A stretch of DNA of 64,000 nt from the NCBI GenBank assembly GCA_036269215.1, contig DATASN010000033.1:9359-73358 (forward strand), written 5' to 3'. The stretch is from Solirubrobacterales bacterium. Lineage in GTDB: Bacteria > Actinomycetota > Thermoleophilia > Solirubrobacterales > 70-9. The translations under genes were made by a program, and so were the position numbers. Shown here piece after piece: positions 53,532-61,487 of this stretch (position 1 is its first letter; every line of letters starts with the position of its first letter). The notes under the pieces are model-generated. The model saw only the letters and a list, made by a program, of their open reading frames with translations, had not been told where the DNA came from and made no database searches.

Positions 53532-54440
53532 CTATTCGACCCCGAAGCCCTCGAGGCCGAAGTCGCCGAAGGGCTCGTCGCGGTCGCGCACGGCCTCCTT
53601 GAAGCCCGACTCGGCGGCGCGGCGGACGAAGCCGTGGCCCTCCTCGGTGTGACGGGCGATGCCGTCGAAGAAGGTGCCGAGCAGCTGCGTCTGGTGCAGG
53701 CCCTGAGCGTAGAGGCTCTGGTTGACCAGCATCTTCATCATCACCAGCTGGTTGATCGGCATCCGCGCGACCCGCTCCAACAGCCGCTCGAAGCGCTCGT
53801 CGAGCTCCGCCGCGGGCGGCGCCTCGGTCGCCAGCCCCCACTCCTCCGCCTGGGCGCCGCTCAGCGAGTCGCCGGTGAGCAGCAGCCGCTTGGCCCGCAT
53901 CGGACCGAGCCGCGCGGCCCACATCGCCGTCGTCGGCGAGCCCCAGACCCGCGCCGGCGGGTAGCCGATCTTGGCGTCCGCCGCGATCACCAGGAGGTCG
54001 GAGCAGAGCGCCATGTCGGTGCCGCCGGCGACGCAGTAGCCGTGCACCTTGCAGAGCACCGGCTTCTCCGAATGAAAAAGGCTCATGAACCCCCGCACGT
54101 TGCGCGACATGAACTGGAAGTCGGTGACCGGGTCCCAGTTCGACTCGGGCGCATGGTTGGCGCCGATCACGGCAGGGTCGAGAGGCGACCCCGCCGGCGC
54201 CTCCACCCCACCAAGCTCCCTCATGTCGCCCTCGGCCGAGGCAACCAGGTCGTAACCGCCGCAGAAGCCCGTGCCGTTACCGGCAAGCGCGATCGCGTGA
54301 ACCTCGGGGTCGAGGTTCGCCCGCTCGATGCAGGCCGCGATCTCGGTCGGCATCCGCGGCGTGATCCCATTCGCGCGCTCAGGCCGGTTCAGCATGATTC
54401 GAGCAACCGGGCCATCGACCTCGAACGTAACCGTCTCCAC
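53532..54440 (-). CDS. Enoyl-CoA hydratase/isomerase (crotonase) family protein
   Basis: VARIMLNRPERANGI...ALAGNGTGFCGGYDL... Confidence 0.85.
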   Translation of the reverse strand: METVTFEVDGPVARIMLNRPERANGITPRMPTEIAACIERANLDPEVHAIALAGNGTGFCGGYDLVASAEGDMRELGGVEAPAGSPLDPAVIGANHAPESNWDPVTDFQFMSRNVRGFMSLFHSEKPVLCKVHGYCVAGGTDMALCSDLLVIAADAKIGYPPARVWGSPTTAMWAARLGPMRAKRLLLTGDSLSGAQAEEWGLATEAPPAAELDERFERLLERVARMPINQLVMMKMLVNQSLYAQGLHQTQLLGTFFDGIARHTEEGHGFVRRAAESGFKEAVRDRDEPFGDFGLEGFGVE

Positions 54441-54452
54441 GCCCTCAAACTA

Positions 54453-54507
54453 CCGCCGACGGGACGAAATCCCCACCTATGTCGGCGGATTTCGTCCCGT
54501 CGGCGGG
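54453..54507. repeat. Conserved palindromic terminator-type hairpin, copy 2
   Basis: The arms CCGCCGACGGGACGAAATCC and GGATTTCGTCCCGTCGGCGG are identical to those at 9550..9602, but the loop here is 15 nt. As in copy 1, the hairpin begins 5 nt after the stop of a minus-strand gene and has similar flanks (AAACT.. / ..GTTCA). Confidence 0.75.
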
Positions 54508-54511
54508 CTGT

Positions 54512-55672
54512 TCAGACCCTTTCGACGAGCATCGCCTTGCCCTGGCCGCCGGCTACGCACATGGTCTCGATCCCGACCTGGTGGTCGTCGGTCTCCATCA
54601 CGTTGAGCAGGGTGCCCATCATGCGGGCGCCGGTCATGCCGAAGGGGTGGCCGAGGGCGATCGCGCCGCCATGGGTGTTGAGCTTCTCCAGCGCGATGTC
54701 GCACTCGTCCATGATCGGGATCACCTGGGCGGCGAAGGCCTCGTTGAGCTCGACCGTGCCGACGTCGTCGATCGTCATCCCGGTCCGCTCGAGGACCTTC
54801 TTGATCGCGCCGATCGGGGCCACGCCCATGTACTCGGGCTCGTTGCCGTAGGTCGCCGCCGTGACGATGCGAGCACGCGGGGTCAAGCCGAGCTCCTTGG
54901 CCTTGGTGTCGCTCATCAGCAGCACCGCGGCGGCGCCGTCGTTGAGCGGGCAGGAGTTGCCGGCGGTGACGCCGCCGCCGCCGCCGAAGGACTCGGGCAG
55001 CTGGCTCAGCTTCTCCAGGGTGGAGGAGGCGCGCGGGCCGTCGTCCTTGGCGACCTCGGTGCCGTCGGGCAGCGTCACCGGGACGATCTCGCGGTCGAAG
55101 AAGCCGTCCTCCTGGGACTGCACGGCCAGTTCCTGAGAGCGCTGCGCGATCTTGTCCATGTCGGCACGGCTGACCTCGTAGCGTTCGGCGACGTTGACCG
55201 CCGTCTTGCCCATCTCGATGTAGGCGTTGGGCTGGCCGTCGTTGCCCTGCAGGTTGGTGTTCTGGTCGTCGGCGCCGGCGGGCTCGGTGCGCTCGTTGTA
55301 ACGGCTCACCCACTCGACCCCGGCGGCGATGTAGACGTCGCCCTCGCCGGCCTTGATCGCGTTGCCGGCGTGGCGGATCGCGTCGAGGCTGGAGGAGCAG
55401 TAGCGCGAGACGGTGACGCCGTTGACAGTCTGCGGCAGCTTCTCGGAGAGCAGCGAGACGATCCGGCCGATGTTGAAGGCCTGCAGGCCCTGCGGCATGC
55501 CACAGCCGCAGAAGACGTCCTCGACCAGGGCGGGATCGAGGCCGGGGTTGCGCTCGAGCAGCTGGTCGACCGCGTAGGCGCCCATCTCGTCGGGGCGGAG
55601 CTGGGCCAGCGAGCCCTTGAAGGCGCGGCCGATCGGCGTGCGGATGGTGTCGACGATTACTGCCTCGGGCAT
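54512..55672 (-). CDS. Acetyl-CoA C-acyltransferase (thiolase)
   Basis: The ATG at 55672 is preceded by AAGGAGAG and gives MPEAVIVDTIRTPIGRAFKGSL. The active-site regions VSRYCSSSLDAI, NEAFA and CVAGGQG are present. Confidence 0.9.
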   Translation of the reverse strand: MPEAVIVDTIRTPIGRAFKGSLAQLRPDEMGAYAVDQLLERNPGLDPALVEDVFCGCGMPQGLQAFNIGRIVSLLSEKLPQTVNGVTVSRYCSSSLDAIRHAGNAIKAGEGDVYIAAGVEWVSRYNERTEPAGADDQNTNLQGNDGQPNAYIEMGKTAVNVAERYEVSRADMDKIAQRSQELAVQSQEDGFFDREIVPVTLPDGTEVAKDDGPRASSTLEKLSQLPESFGGGGGVTAGNSCPLNDGAAAVLLMSDTKAKELGLTPRARIVTAATYGNEPEYMGVAPIGAIKKVLERTGMTIDDVGTVELNEAFAAQVIPIMDECDIALEKLNTHGGAIALGHPFGMTGARMMGTLLNVMETDDHQVGIETMCVAGGQGKAMLVERV

Positions 55673-55733
55673 GCGGGTCTCTCCTTGGAAGCGGGGGCGG
55701 GACGTGCGCGCAGCAGGGTAGTGGATTAAGTTA

Positions 55734-55991
55734 GTGGCGATGTCGCTGGACGGACTGCGGGCCTGGATCGGGGAGGTTGAGCGCAAGCTCAAGATGCGCA
55801 CGCGCGTCTTCCTCGTCCTGGTCGCGATCGCGGTCGGCGGCGCCGGCGCCGCCATCTACCTCGCGGTCGAAGCGCAGAACGGCCAGGTCACCGAAGGCGA
55901 CGTGCAGGCGCTTCAAGAAGACCAGACGGCGAGGATCGAAGCGCTCGAAACGCGGGTCGAAAGCCTCGAATCCGCAGGCAAGATCAAATAG
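55734..55991 (+). CDS. Small membrane/coiled-coil protein (hypothetical)
   Basis: It has high GC3, a TM helix VFLVLVAIAVGGAGAAIYLAV and a heptad-like tail QALQEDQTARIEALETRVESLES. I recognised no family. Confidence 0.5.
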   Translation: MAMSLDGLRAWIGEVERKLKMRTRVFLVLVAIAVGGAGAAIYLAVEAQNGQVTEGDVQALQEDQTARIEALETRVESLESAGKIK

Positions 55992-56113
55992 CCGTTCGTG
56001 CCAAAAGGCACGAACTTCGCGCTCATCGTCCCCTTCCTGCGTTACATTCGCCGCAATTCGATCTCGCGTGCAATCGCGAGCTCTGCCGCTTAGGCAGTGA
56101 AAGGAGGGCCCCG

Positions 56114-56260
56114 ATGCCCGAGGGTTACTGCGTCAAGGAGCGAAAGAAGGTCGAGATCAAGGACGCCAAGCAGGTGACGATGAAGAACGGTCGCCCGGCG
56201 ATCCAGGGAACGTGCCCGGATTGCGGAACGAAGATCTTCAAGATCGGAAAAATGGAGTAG
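56114..56260 (+). CDS. DUF5679-like small zinc-ribbon protein (48 aa; below the ORF-track cutoff)
   Basis: Hand translation gives MPEGYCVKERKKVEIKDAKQVTMKNGRPAIQGTCPDCGTKIFKIGKME. An AAGGAGG SD lies 6 nt upstream. The pattern matches my recollection of actinobacterial DUF5679 (YCVKCR...KNGR.A..G.CP.CGT..F.I). Confidence 0.65.
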   Translation: MPEGYCVKERKKVEIKDAKQVTMKNGRPAIQGTCPDCGTKIFKIGKME

Positions 56261-56351
56261 CAAGGCCCGCCTCTGGCCTGAACCCGTACCGGCGACCGCT
56301 CGTACAACGGGGCAGTCGTGATCTGCATACCTGCTCCAAGATCGGCCTGAG

Positions 56352-56861
56352 ATGGCTTCCGGTGCTCTGACCCACGAGCGGGACGTGCGCGAGGCCTACG
56401 CGGCGCATGCGGCAGAGCTGTACGGCTTCGCGGTTCGCTCGCTCGCCGACCCGGGCCTCGCCGAAGAGGCCGTGCAGGAGACCTTCCTGCGGGCCTGGCG
56501 GGCCGGCGAGCGCTTCGACCCGCAGATCGGCTCGCTGCGCACCTGGCTGTTCGCGATCCTGCGCAACGTCGTGATCGACCTCGGCCGCGCCCGCTCGGTG
56601 CGGCCCGGCGTCGCCGAGGGCGGCATCGAGCCCTCGGTCGAGCCCTTCGACGAGGCGCTGCTCGCCTGGCAGATCGAGGAGGCGATGCGCAGGATCGGCG
56701 ACGACCACCGCCGCGTCCTGGTCGAGACCTACTACCGCGGCCGCCCCTACGCCGAGGTCGCCGAGGAGCTCGGCGTCCCGGAGGGAACGGTGAAGAGCCG
56801 CGTCTACTACGGCCTGCGGGCGCTGCGGGTCGTGCTCGAGGAGATGGGCTATGAAGACTGA
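56352..56861 (+). CDS. ECF-type sigma-70 family sigma factor
   Basis: Region 2 is AEEAVQETFLRAWRAGERFDPQIGSLRTWLFAILRNVVID. Region 4 is YYRGRPYAEVAEELGVPEGTVKSRVYYGLRALR. Confidence 0.85.
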   Translation: MASGALTHERDVREAYAAHAAELYGFAVRSLADPGLAEEAVQETFLRAWRAGERFDPQIGSLRTWLFAILRNVVIDLGRARSVRPGVAEGGIEPSVEPFDEALLAWQIEEAMRRIGDDHRRVLVETYYRGRPYAEVAEELGVPEGTVKSRVYYGLRALRVVLEEMGYED

Positions 56862-57558
56862 GAGCTGCCGCGAATGGCGCGAGTCGCTGGGCGCCTACGC
56901 GCTGGGACACCTCGGCGACGAGGAGCGGACCAGCCTCGAGGCCCACCTGGAGGGCTGCCCCGGCTGCCGCGCCGAGGCTCAGTCGCTGCTCGCCGTATCG
57001 CGGTTGCTGCCTCACGCCGACCCGGCTCACTTCGGCCCGGCACCGCAGCCGCCGGCCGAGCTGGGCAAGCGGATCGCGGCGACGATCGGCGCCGAGCGGC
57101 GTTCGAAGCGGCGCCGTCGGCGCTTCAGCCTCGGTCTCGGCTTGAGCGGAGCCGCGGCCGCGGCCGCCGCGGCCGTCCTGGCGATCTTCGTGCTCGGCAG
57201 CGGCGAGGGCAGCGGCCCCGAGCAGCGCGTCTCCTTCCGCTCCGTGCCGACCGGGGTGACGATCTCCGCCACCCTGCAGCCGCAGGCCTTCGGTACCGAG
57301 ATCCACATGTACGTGAGCGGGATCCGCTCCGGCACCCTCTGCCGCGTCTACATGCGCGGGCCGGCGGGCGCCGACGTCTCCGCCGGCACCTTCCGCTACC
57401 GCTGGGGCGGCGACGCCTCGGCCGTGCTCAGCGCCGCGCTGGACCTCTCCCGCGCCAAGGCGATCGTCGTGCACGCCGGCAGCCGGACCTTCGTCGCGCC
57501 GATCGGCGCCGCCAAGACAGCCCTGCACATCCAACCCCACGAGGAGGAACAGACGTGA
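56851..57558 (+). CDS. Anti-sigma factor (zf-HC2 type) with one TM segment
   Basis: It has the zinc motif H..LEGCPGCRAEAQSL and a TM segment LGLSGAAAAAAAAVLAIFVLG. It overlaps the sigma gene by 11 nt. Confidence 0.75.
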   Translation: MKTESCREWRESLGAYALGHLGDEERTSLEAHLEGCPGCRAEAQSLLAVSRLLPHADPAHFGPAPQPPAELGKRIAATIGAERRSKRRRRRFSLGLGLSGAAAAAAAAVLAIFVLGSGEGSGPEQRVSFRSVPTGVTISATLQPQAFGTEIHMYVSGIRSGTLCRVYMRGPAGADVSAGTFRYRWGGDASAVLSAALDLSRAKAIVVHAGSRTFVAPIGAAKTALHIQPHEEEQT

Positions 57559-58085
57559 AGAAGACCTTTCCCGCGATCGCGCTGCTGGCGCTTGCCGCAA
57601 TGGTGGCCATCGCCGGCTGCGGAAGCAGCAACAACAGCACGAGCAGCTCGAGCTCCGGCGGCGCCTACGGCTCGAGCAGCGAATCGACCGGCAAGCCCGC
57701 CGCGGCGAGCAGCGAAGGCGCGCCGATCACCGTCGGCACCGCCAAGGGAGTCGGCAAGGTGCTGGTCGACTCGGAAGGCATGACCCTCTACTACTTCCAG
57801 AAAGACAAGAAAAGCAGCGGCAAATCGGCCTGCTACGGCGCCTGCGAACAAGCCTGGCCGCCGCAGACGACGGAAGGTGCCCCGCAGGCCGGCGAAGGCG
57901 CCATGTCCTCGAAACTGGGCACGATCAAACGTAGCGACGGAACCACCCAGGTCACCTACGCGGGCTGGCCCCTCTACACCTTCGTCGAGGACAAGAAGCC
58001 GGGCGAAGACAACGGCACCGACAGCAAGGCATTCGGCGCCTCCTGGTACCCGCTACATCCCAACGGCGAAAAGGCCGGCCACTAG
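57555..58085 (+). CDS. Lipoprotein with COG4315/Lipoprotein_15-type repeats
   Basis: The GTG at 57555 (GTGA overlap, GAGGAGG upstream) gives VKKTFPAIALLALAAMVAIAGC, which carries a lipobox. The repeats are VLVDSEGMTLYYFQKD...CYGACEQAWPP and VTYAGWPLYTFVEDKKPGEDNG. Confidence 0.7.
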   Translation: MKKTFPAIALLALAAMVAIAGCGSSNNSTSSSSSGGAYGSSSESTGKPAAASSEGAPITVGTAKGVGKVLVDSEGMTLYYFQKDKKSSGKSACYGACEQAWPPQTTEGAPQAGEGAMSSKLGTIKRSDGTTQVTYAGWPLYTFVEDKKPGEDNGTDSKAFGASWYPLHPNGEKAGH

Positions 58086-58753
58086 GAGCGCTTGCGAGCG
58101 GAGATCGAGGGTGGGACGAGCTCGCGGATCTCGGCCAGCAGCCGAACCGCGAGCTCTCCCGGCTCTTCGCCGGGCTGAGCCTGCCCGCCCGCGGGCTCGA
58201 AGAAGCGAATCCTGATTCGGGGGCGGCGGGGAAAGCCGGTGAGGTCCGACGTCCCCTCGATCGCGACGCAGACGAGCTTCGCCTCCGGAACCTCGAGCGC
58301 GAGCCGGCCGGCGCCGCTGCGCGCCCGCAGCACTTTGCCGCGCGAGCGCGTGCCTTCGGGGAAGACGCCGATGCAGGCGCCGCGCCGCAGTTCCTCGATC
58401 GCCCGAGCCAGGGCGCCGGCATCGCCCGCGCCGCGCTCGATCGGGATCTGACCCATGCCGTTGAGGATCGGGGCAAGACCGCGTACGTCCCAGAGTTCCG
58501 ACTTGGCCAGCGCCTTGATCTGGCGCCGCCGGATCGCCGCGATCCCGACCATCACCGGGTCCCAGTGGCTGTCGTGGTTGCCGACGACCAGCACCGGCCC
58601 GCTCTCGGGCAGCACCTCCAGGCCTTCGGCCCGCAGCCGGCCCCAGCTCGCCACCGGCCGGCAGACCGCCATCGCCGTCCGGTACATCGGGCTCGGCTCC
58701 CTGGCGGGCTCGGCGAGGGGGATGTCGTCCTGCAATTTCGTCGCTGCCTCCAT
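58082..58753 (-). CDS. plsC: 1-acyl-sn-glycerol-3-phosphate acyltransferase family protein
   Basis: It has the HX4D motif VVGNHDSHWDP and the FPEGTRS motif. Confidence 0.8.
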   Translation of the reverse strand: MEAATKLQDDIPLAEPAREPSPMYRTAMAVCRPVASWGRLRAEGLEVLPESGPVLVVGNHDSHWDPVMVGIAAIRRRQIKALAKSELWDVRGLAPILNGMGQIPIERGAGDAGALARAIEELRRGACIGVFPEGTRSRGKVLRARSGAGRLALEVPEAKLVCVAIEGTSDLTGFPRRPRIRIRFFEPAGGQAQPGEEPGELAVRLLAEIRELVPPSISARKRS

Positions 58754-58914
58754 CGGGAAGGCACCGTAGTCGATCCGGGCCAGCTCGCCGTTGCGATCCG
58801 CCTAAGTGATCAAAATCACGTATTCGCCCCTCCCGGCAGTCGAAGGTACTCGTCTCGCTTTCTGCAAGCAGCGACCTTTCGTTCCCCCGGCTGTGCCGAT
58901 CCCGACTATCTAAA

Positions 58915-59331
58915 GTGTCATCTGTGACGCAGAAGCCGCTCGAGCTGATCCTGGCTCGCAACCTGATGTCTGCGCTCTCGACCCCGGCCTTCCTGGTCGA
59001 CGAGGGCGGGATCCTCGTCTTCTACAACGAGGCGGCCGGCGTCCTGCTCGGCAAGCGCTTCGAGGAGCTGGGCACGGTGGGCGCCGAGGAGTGGGGATCG
59101 CTCTTCGGGCCCTTCGACGATCGCGGCGAGCCGATTCCCTACGACGAGCTGCCGCTGGTGATCGCGGTGCGCGACGGCCACCCGGCCCACGCGGACTTCG
59201 CGATCAGCTCGGTCGACGGCACCCGCCACCAGGTCGAGGCCTCAGCCTTCCCGATCCTCACCGCGCACGGCTCGCGGGGGGCGATCGCGATCTTCTGGCC
59301 GGCCGGGTCGCGCAACGGAGCGGGGCACTGA
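58915..59331 (+). CDS. Stand-alone PAS-domain protein
   Basis: The ~135-aa sequence TPAFLVDEGGILVFYNEAAGVLLGKRFEELG...ISSVDGTRHQVEASAFPI fits a PAS fold. It has a GTG start. Confidence 0.6.
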   Translation: MSSVTQKPLELILARNLMSALSTPAFLVDEGGILVFYNEAAGVLLGKRFEELGTVGAEEWGSLFGPFDDRGEPIPYDELPLVIAVRDGHPAHADFAISSVDGTRHQVEASAFPILTAHGSRGAIAIFWPAGSRNGAGH

Positions 59332-59332
59332 G

Positions 59333-60214
59333 ATGAAGGTCAAGCTCTGGGGCACGCGCGGCTCGATCCCCTCCCCGGGGCCGGAGACGATCCGCTACGG
59401 CGGCAACACCTCCTGCGTCGGCGTCACCCTCTCCGACGGCTCGATGCTGGCGCTCGACGCCGGCACCGGCATCCGCAGCCTCGGGCTCGCCCTCGCCGCC
59501 GAGCCGGCCCGCCTGCATATCCTCCTCACCCACCTCCACCTCGACCACATCCAGGGCCTGGTCTTCTTCGCGCCCGCCTTCCGCCCCCAGACCGAGATCG
59601 TGATCTGGGGCCCGGCCTCGCCGGAGGCCTCGCTGCGCGACCGCATCGCCCGCTACATCTCGGCGCCGCTCTCGCCGGTCGAGGTGCGCGAGCTGCCCTG
59701 CGACGTCTCCTTCCGCCACTGCCCGCAGACCGAGTGGGAGATCGGCCCGGCGCGGATCAGCGCCGCCTCGGTCGCCCACCGCGGCCCCACCCTCGGCTAC
59801 CGGATCGACGACGGCGACTCCTCGCTCGCCTACATCCCCGACCACGAGCCCGCCCTCGGCGCCGACCTCGACGCGCTCGAGGAGGACTGGATCTCCGGCC
59901 TCGGCCTTGCCCGCGACGCGTCCATCCTGATCCACGACGGCCAGTACTCCGACGCCGAGTACCCCGACCACATCGGCTGGGGCCATTCCTCGCTCTCGCA
60001 CGCGGTCTCCTTCGCCCGCCGCGCCGGCGCCGGACGCACCGTGCTCTTCCATCACGACCCGATGCACTCCGACGAGCAGCTCGACCGGCTCGGCGCCGAA
60101 GCGCGGCAGCGCTGGCTGGCGCTGGGCGGCAGCGAGGCGGGGATCGAGCTGGCGGTCGAGCGCGGCGAGTACGAGCTGCCCGCGCACGCGGCCAGCGCCG
60201 CCACTGCAAGTTAG
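59333..60214 (+). CDS. MBL-fold metallo-hydrolase
   Basis: MKVKLWGTRGSIPSPGPETIRYGGNTSCV...ILLTHLHLDHIQG contains the HxHxDH motif. Its start lies 2 nt after the PAS stop. Confidence 0.8.
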   Translation: MKVKLWGTRGSIPSPGPETIRYGGNTSCVGVTLSDGSMLALDAGTGIRSLGLALAAEPARLHILLTHLHLDHIQGLVFFAPAFRPQTEIVIWGPASPEASLRDRIARYISAPLSPVEVRELPCDVSFRHCPQTEWEIGPARISAASVAHRGPTLGYRIDDGDSSLAYIPDHEPALGADLDALEEDWISGLGLARDASILIHDGQYSDAEYPDHIGWGHSSLSHAVSFARRAGAGRTVLFHHDPMHSDEQLDRLGAEARQRWLALGGSEAGIELAVERGEYELPAHAASAATAS

Positions 60215-60274
60215 GTACCTCGCAAACAGCGGTGGTTCACGCGGGCTCCGCGTCCCGCTACGCTGGCACACGGG

Positions 60275-60889
60275 ATGTCGTCGACCTCTGGAATCGACGC
60301 TGCAGTCGAGAGATCCGATCTGGTCAGGGACGCGCTTGATACAGCGCGACGGGCGCATGCGGGCCAATTGCGGCGGGGCAGCGACGGGCATCCCTTCATC
60401 GACCACCCGGTCGCGGTCGCCGAGATCCTGCTCAAGCACCGCTACAACGACGACGTCCTCGCCGCGGCGCTGCTGCACGACGTGGTCGAGAAGAGCGATA
60501 TCGAGCTGCCGGAGCTTCGCGAGCGCTTCGGCGACCCGGTTGCCGACCTGGTCGAGGCGATGACCGAAGACGAGACGATCGACCCCTACGAGGAGCGCAA
60601 GGAGGAGCATCGCCGCCGCGTCGCCGAGGCCGGCCCGGCGGCCCTGGCGATCTTCGCCGCCGACAAACAGACCAACGTGGCGATGCTGCGCGAGGCCTAC
60701 GCGCTGATCGCCGAGGGCGTCAGCGACGAACTGGCCGTCTCGCTCGACCTGAAGATCTACGTCTGGGAGGCCGACCTGGAAATGCTCTTCAACGAAGCGG
60801 CCGAGATGCCGCTCACGGACGAGTTCGCCGACGAGATGGTCGGCCTCTGGGGCGACCGCTTCAGGGCCGTCGATTCCTCTCCAGACTAA
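60275..60889 (+). CDS. HD-domain protein, RelA/SpoT-hydrolase-like (small alarmone hydrolase type)
   Basis: AHAGQLRRGSDGHPFIDHPVAVAEIL...AALLHDVVEKSD...VEAMTED follows the (p)ppGpp hydrolase HD pattern. Confidence 0.7.
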   Translation: MSSTSGIDAAVERSDLVRDALDTARRAHAGQLRRGSDGHPFIDHPVAVAEILLKHRYNDDVLAAALLHDVVEKSDIELPELRERFGDPVADLVEAMTEDETIDPYEERKEEHRRRVAEAGPAALAIFAADKQTNVAMLREAYALIAEGVSDELAVSLDLKIYVWEADLEMLFNEAAEMPLTDEFADEMVGLWGDRFRAVDSSPD

Positions 60890-61349
60890 CGCGGCGCCGC
60901 AGCGGCAATACGTACCAGAGGGCGATGAAGGTCGACGCGGCGGCGAGGCCGGTGATCGCCGTGGCGATGCCGCCGAAGAGAACGTCGGTGATCAGGACGA
61001 TAGCCCCGGTCATCGCCAGGGCGAGGAACGAGAGCCCGGCGATCGTGAAGCGGTTGGCGAGGAAGACGAGCTCGTGCTTCTGCTGCAGCCGGAAGGTGAT
61101 CCGGTGATAGGAGGAGGGCGCGATCAGCAGCACGGCCGAGAGCGCCGTGCAGAGCAGGGTGGCGAAGTAGACGCGCTTCTCGAAGGCCGAGATCTTGGTG
61201 AAGTTCTGCTGGAACGGCACGGCGAGGAGGAAGGCGAAGAGGACCTGCACGCCAGGGAGGGCGACCCGCAGCTCCTGCAGCAGCTCGCCGAGGTTGCGAT
61301 CGAGGCGCGCGTCCTCGCTCTCCTCGCGTCCTGACGGCCTCTCCGTCAC
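60861..61349 (-). CDS. DUF6328-like membrane protein
   Basis: RLDRNLGELLQELRVALPGVQVLFAFLLAVPFQQNF...LLIAPSSYHRI. The GTG at 61349 is preceded by GGTGAGGGG, but the start is uncertain. Confidence 0.55.
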   Translation of the reverse strand: MTERPSGREESEDARLDRNLGELLQELRVALPGVQVLFAFLLAVPFQQNFTKISAFEKRVYFATLLCTALSAVLLIAPSSYHRITFRLQQKHELVFLANRFTIAGLSFLALAMTGAIVLITDVLFGGIATAITGLAAASTFIALWYVLPLRRRVSLERNRRP

Positions 61350-61454
61350 CCCCTCACCATAGGCGACGCGCACACGGCCGTCGTCGTCTTCTCTGCGACA
61401 CGTACTCTGCGACGCGTAGGATCCGTGTTGCTCGGCGGCGAGACGGTCGGGTCT

Positions 61455-61471
61455 ATACCCCCAGGGGGTAT
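61455..61471. promoter_or_regulatory. CsoR/RcnR-type operator-like palindrome
   Basis: ATACCCCC-A-GGGGGTAT is a perfect 8+8 inverted repeat ending 16 nt upstream of the permease ATG. Confidence 0.45.
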
Positions 61472-61487
61472 TTGCTACGTTGCCTGC

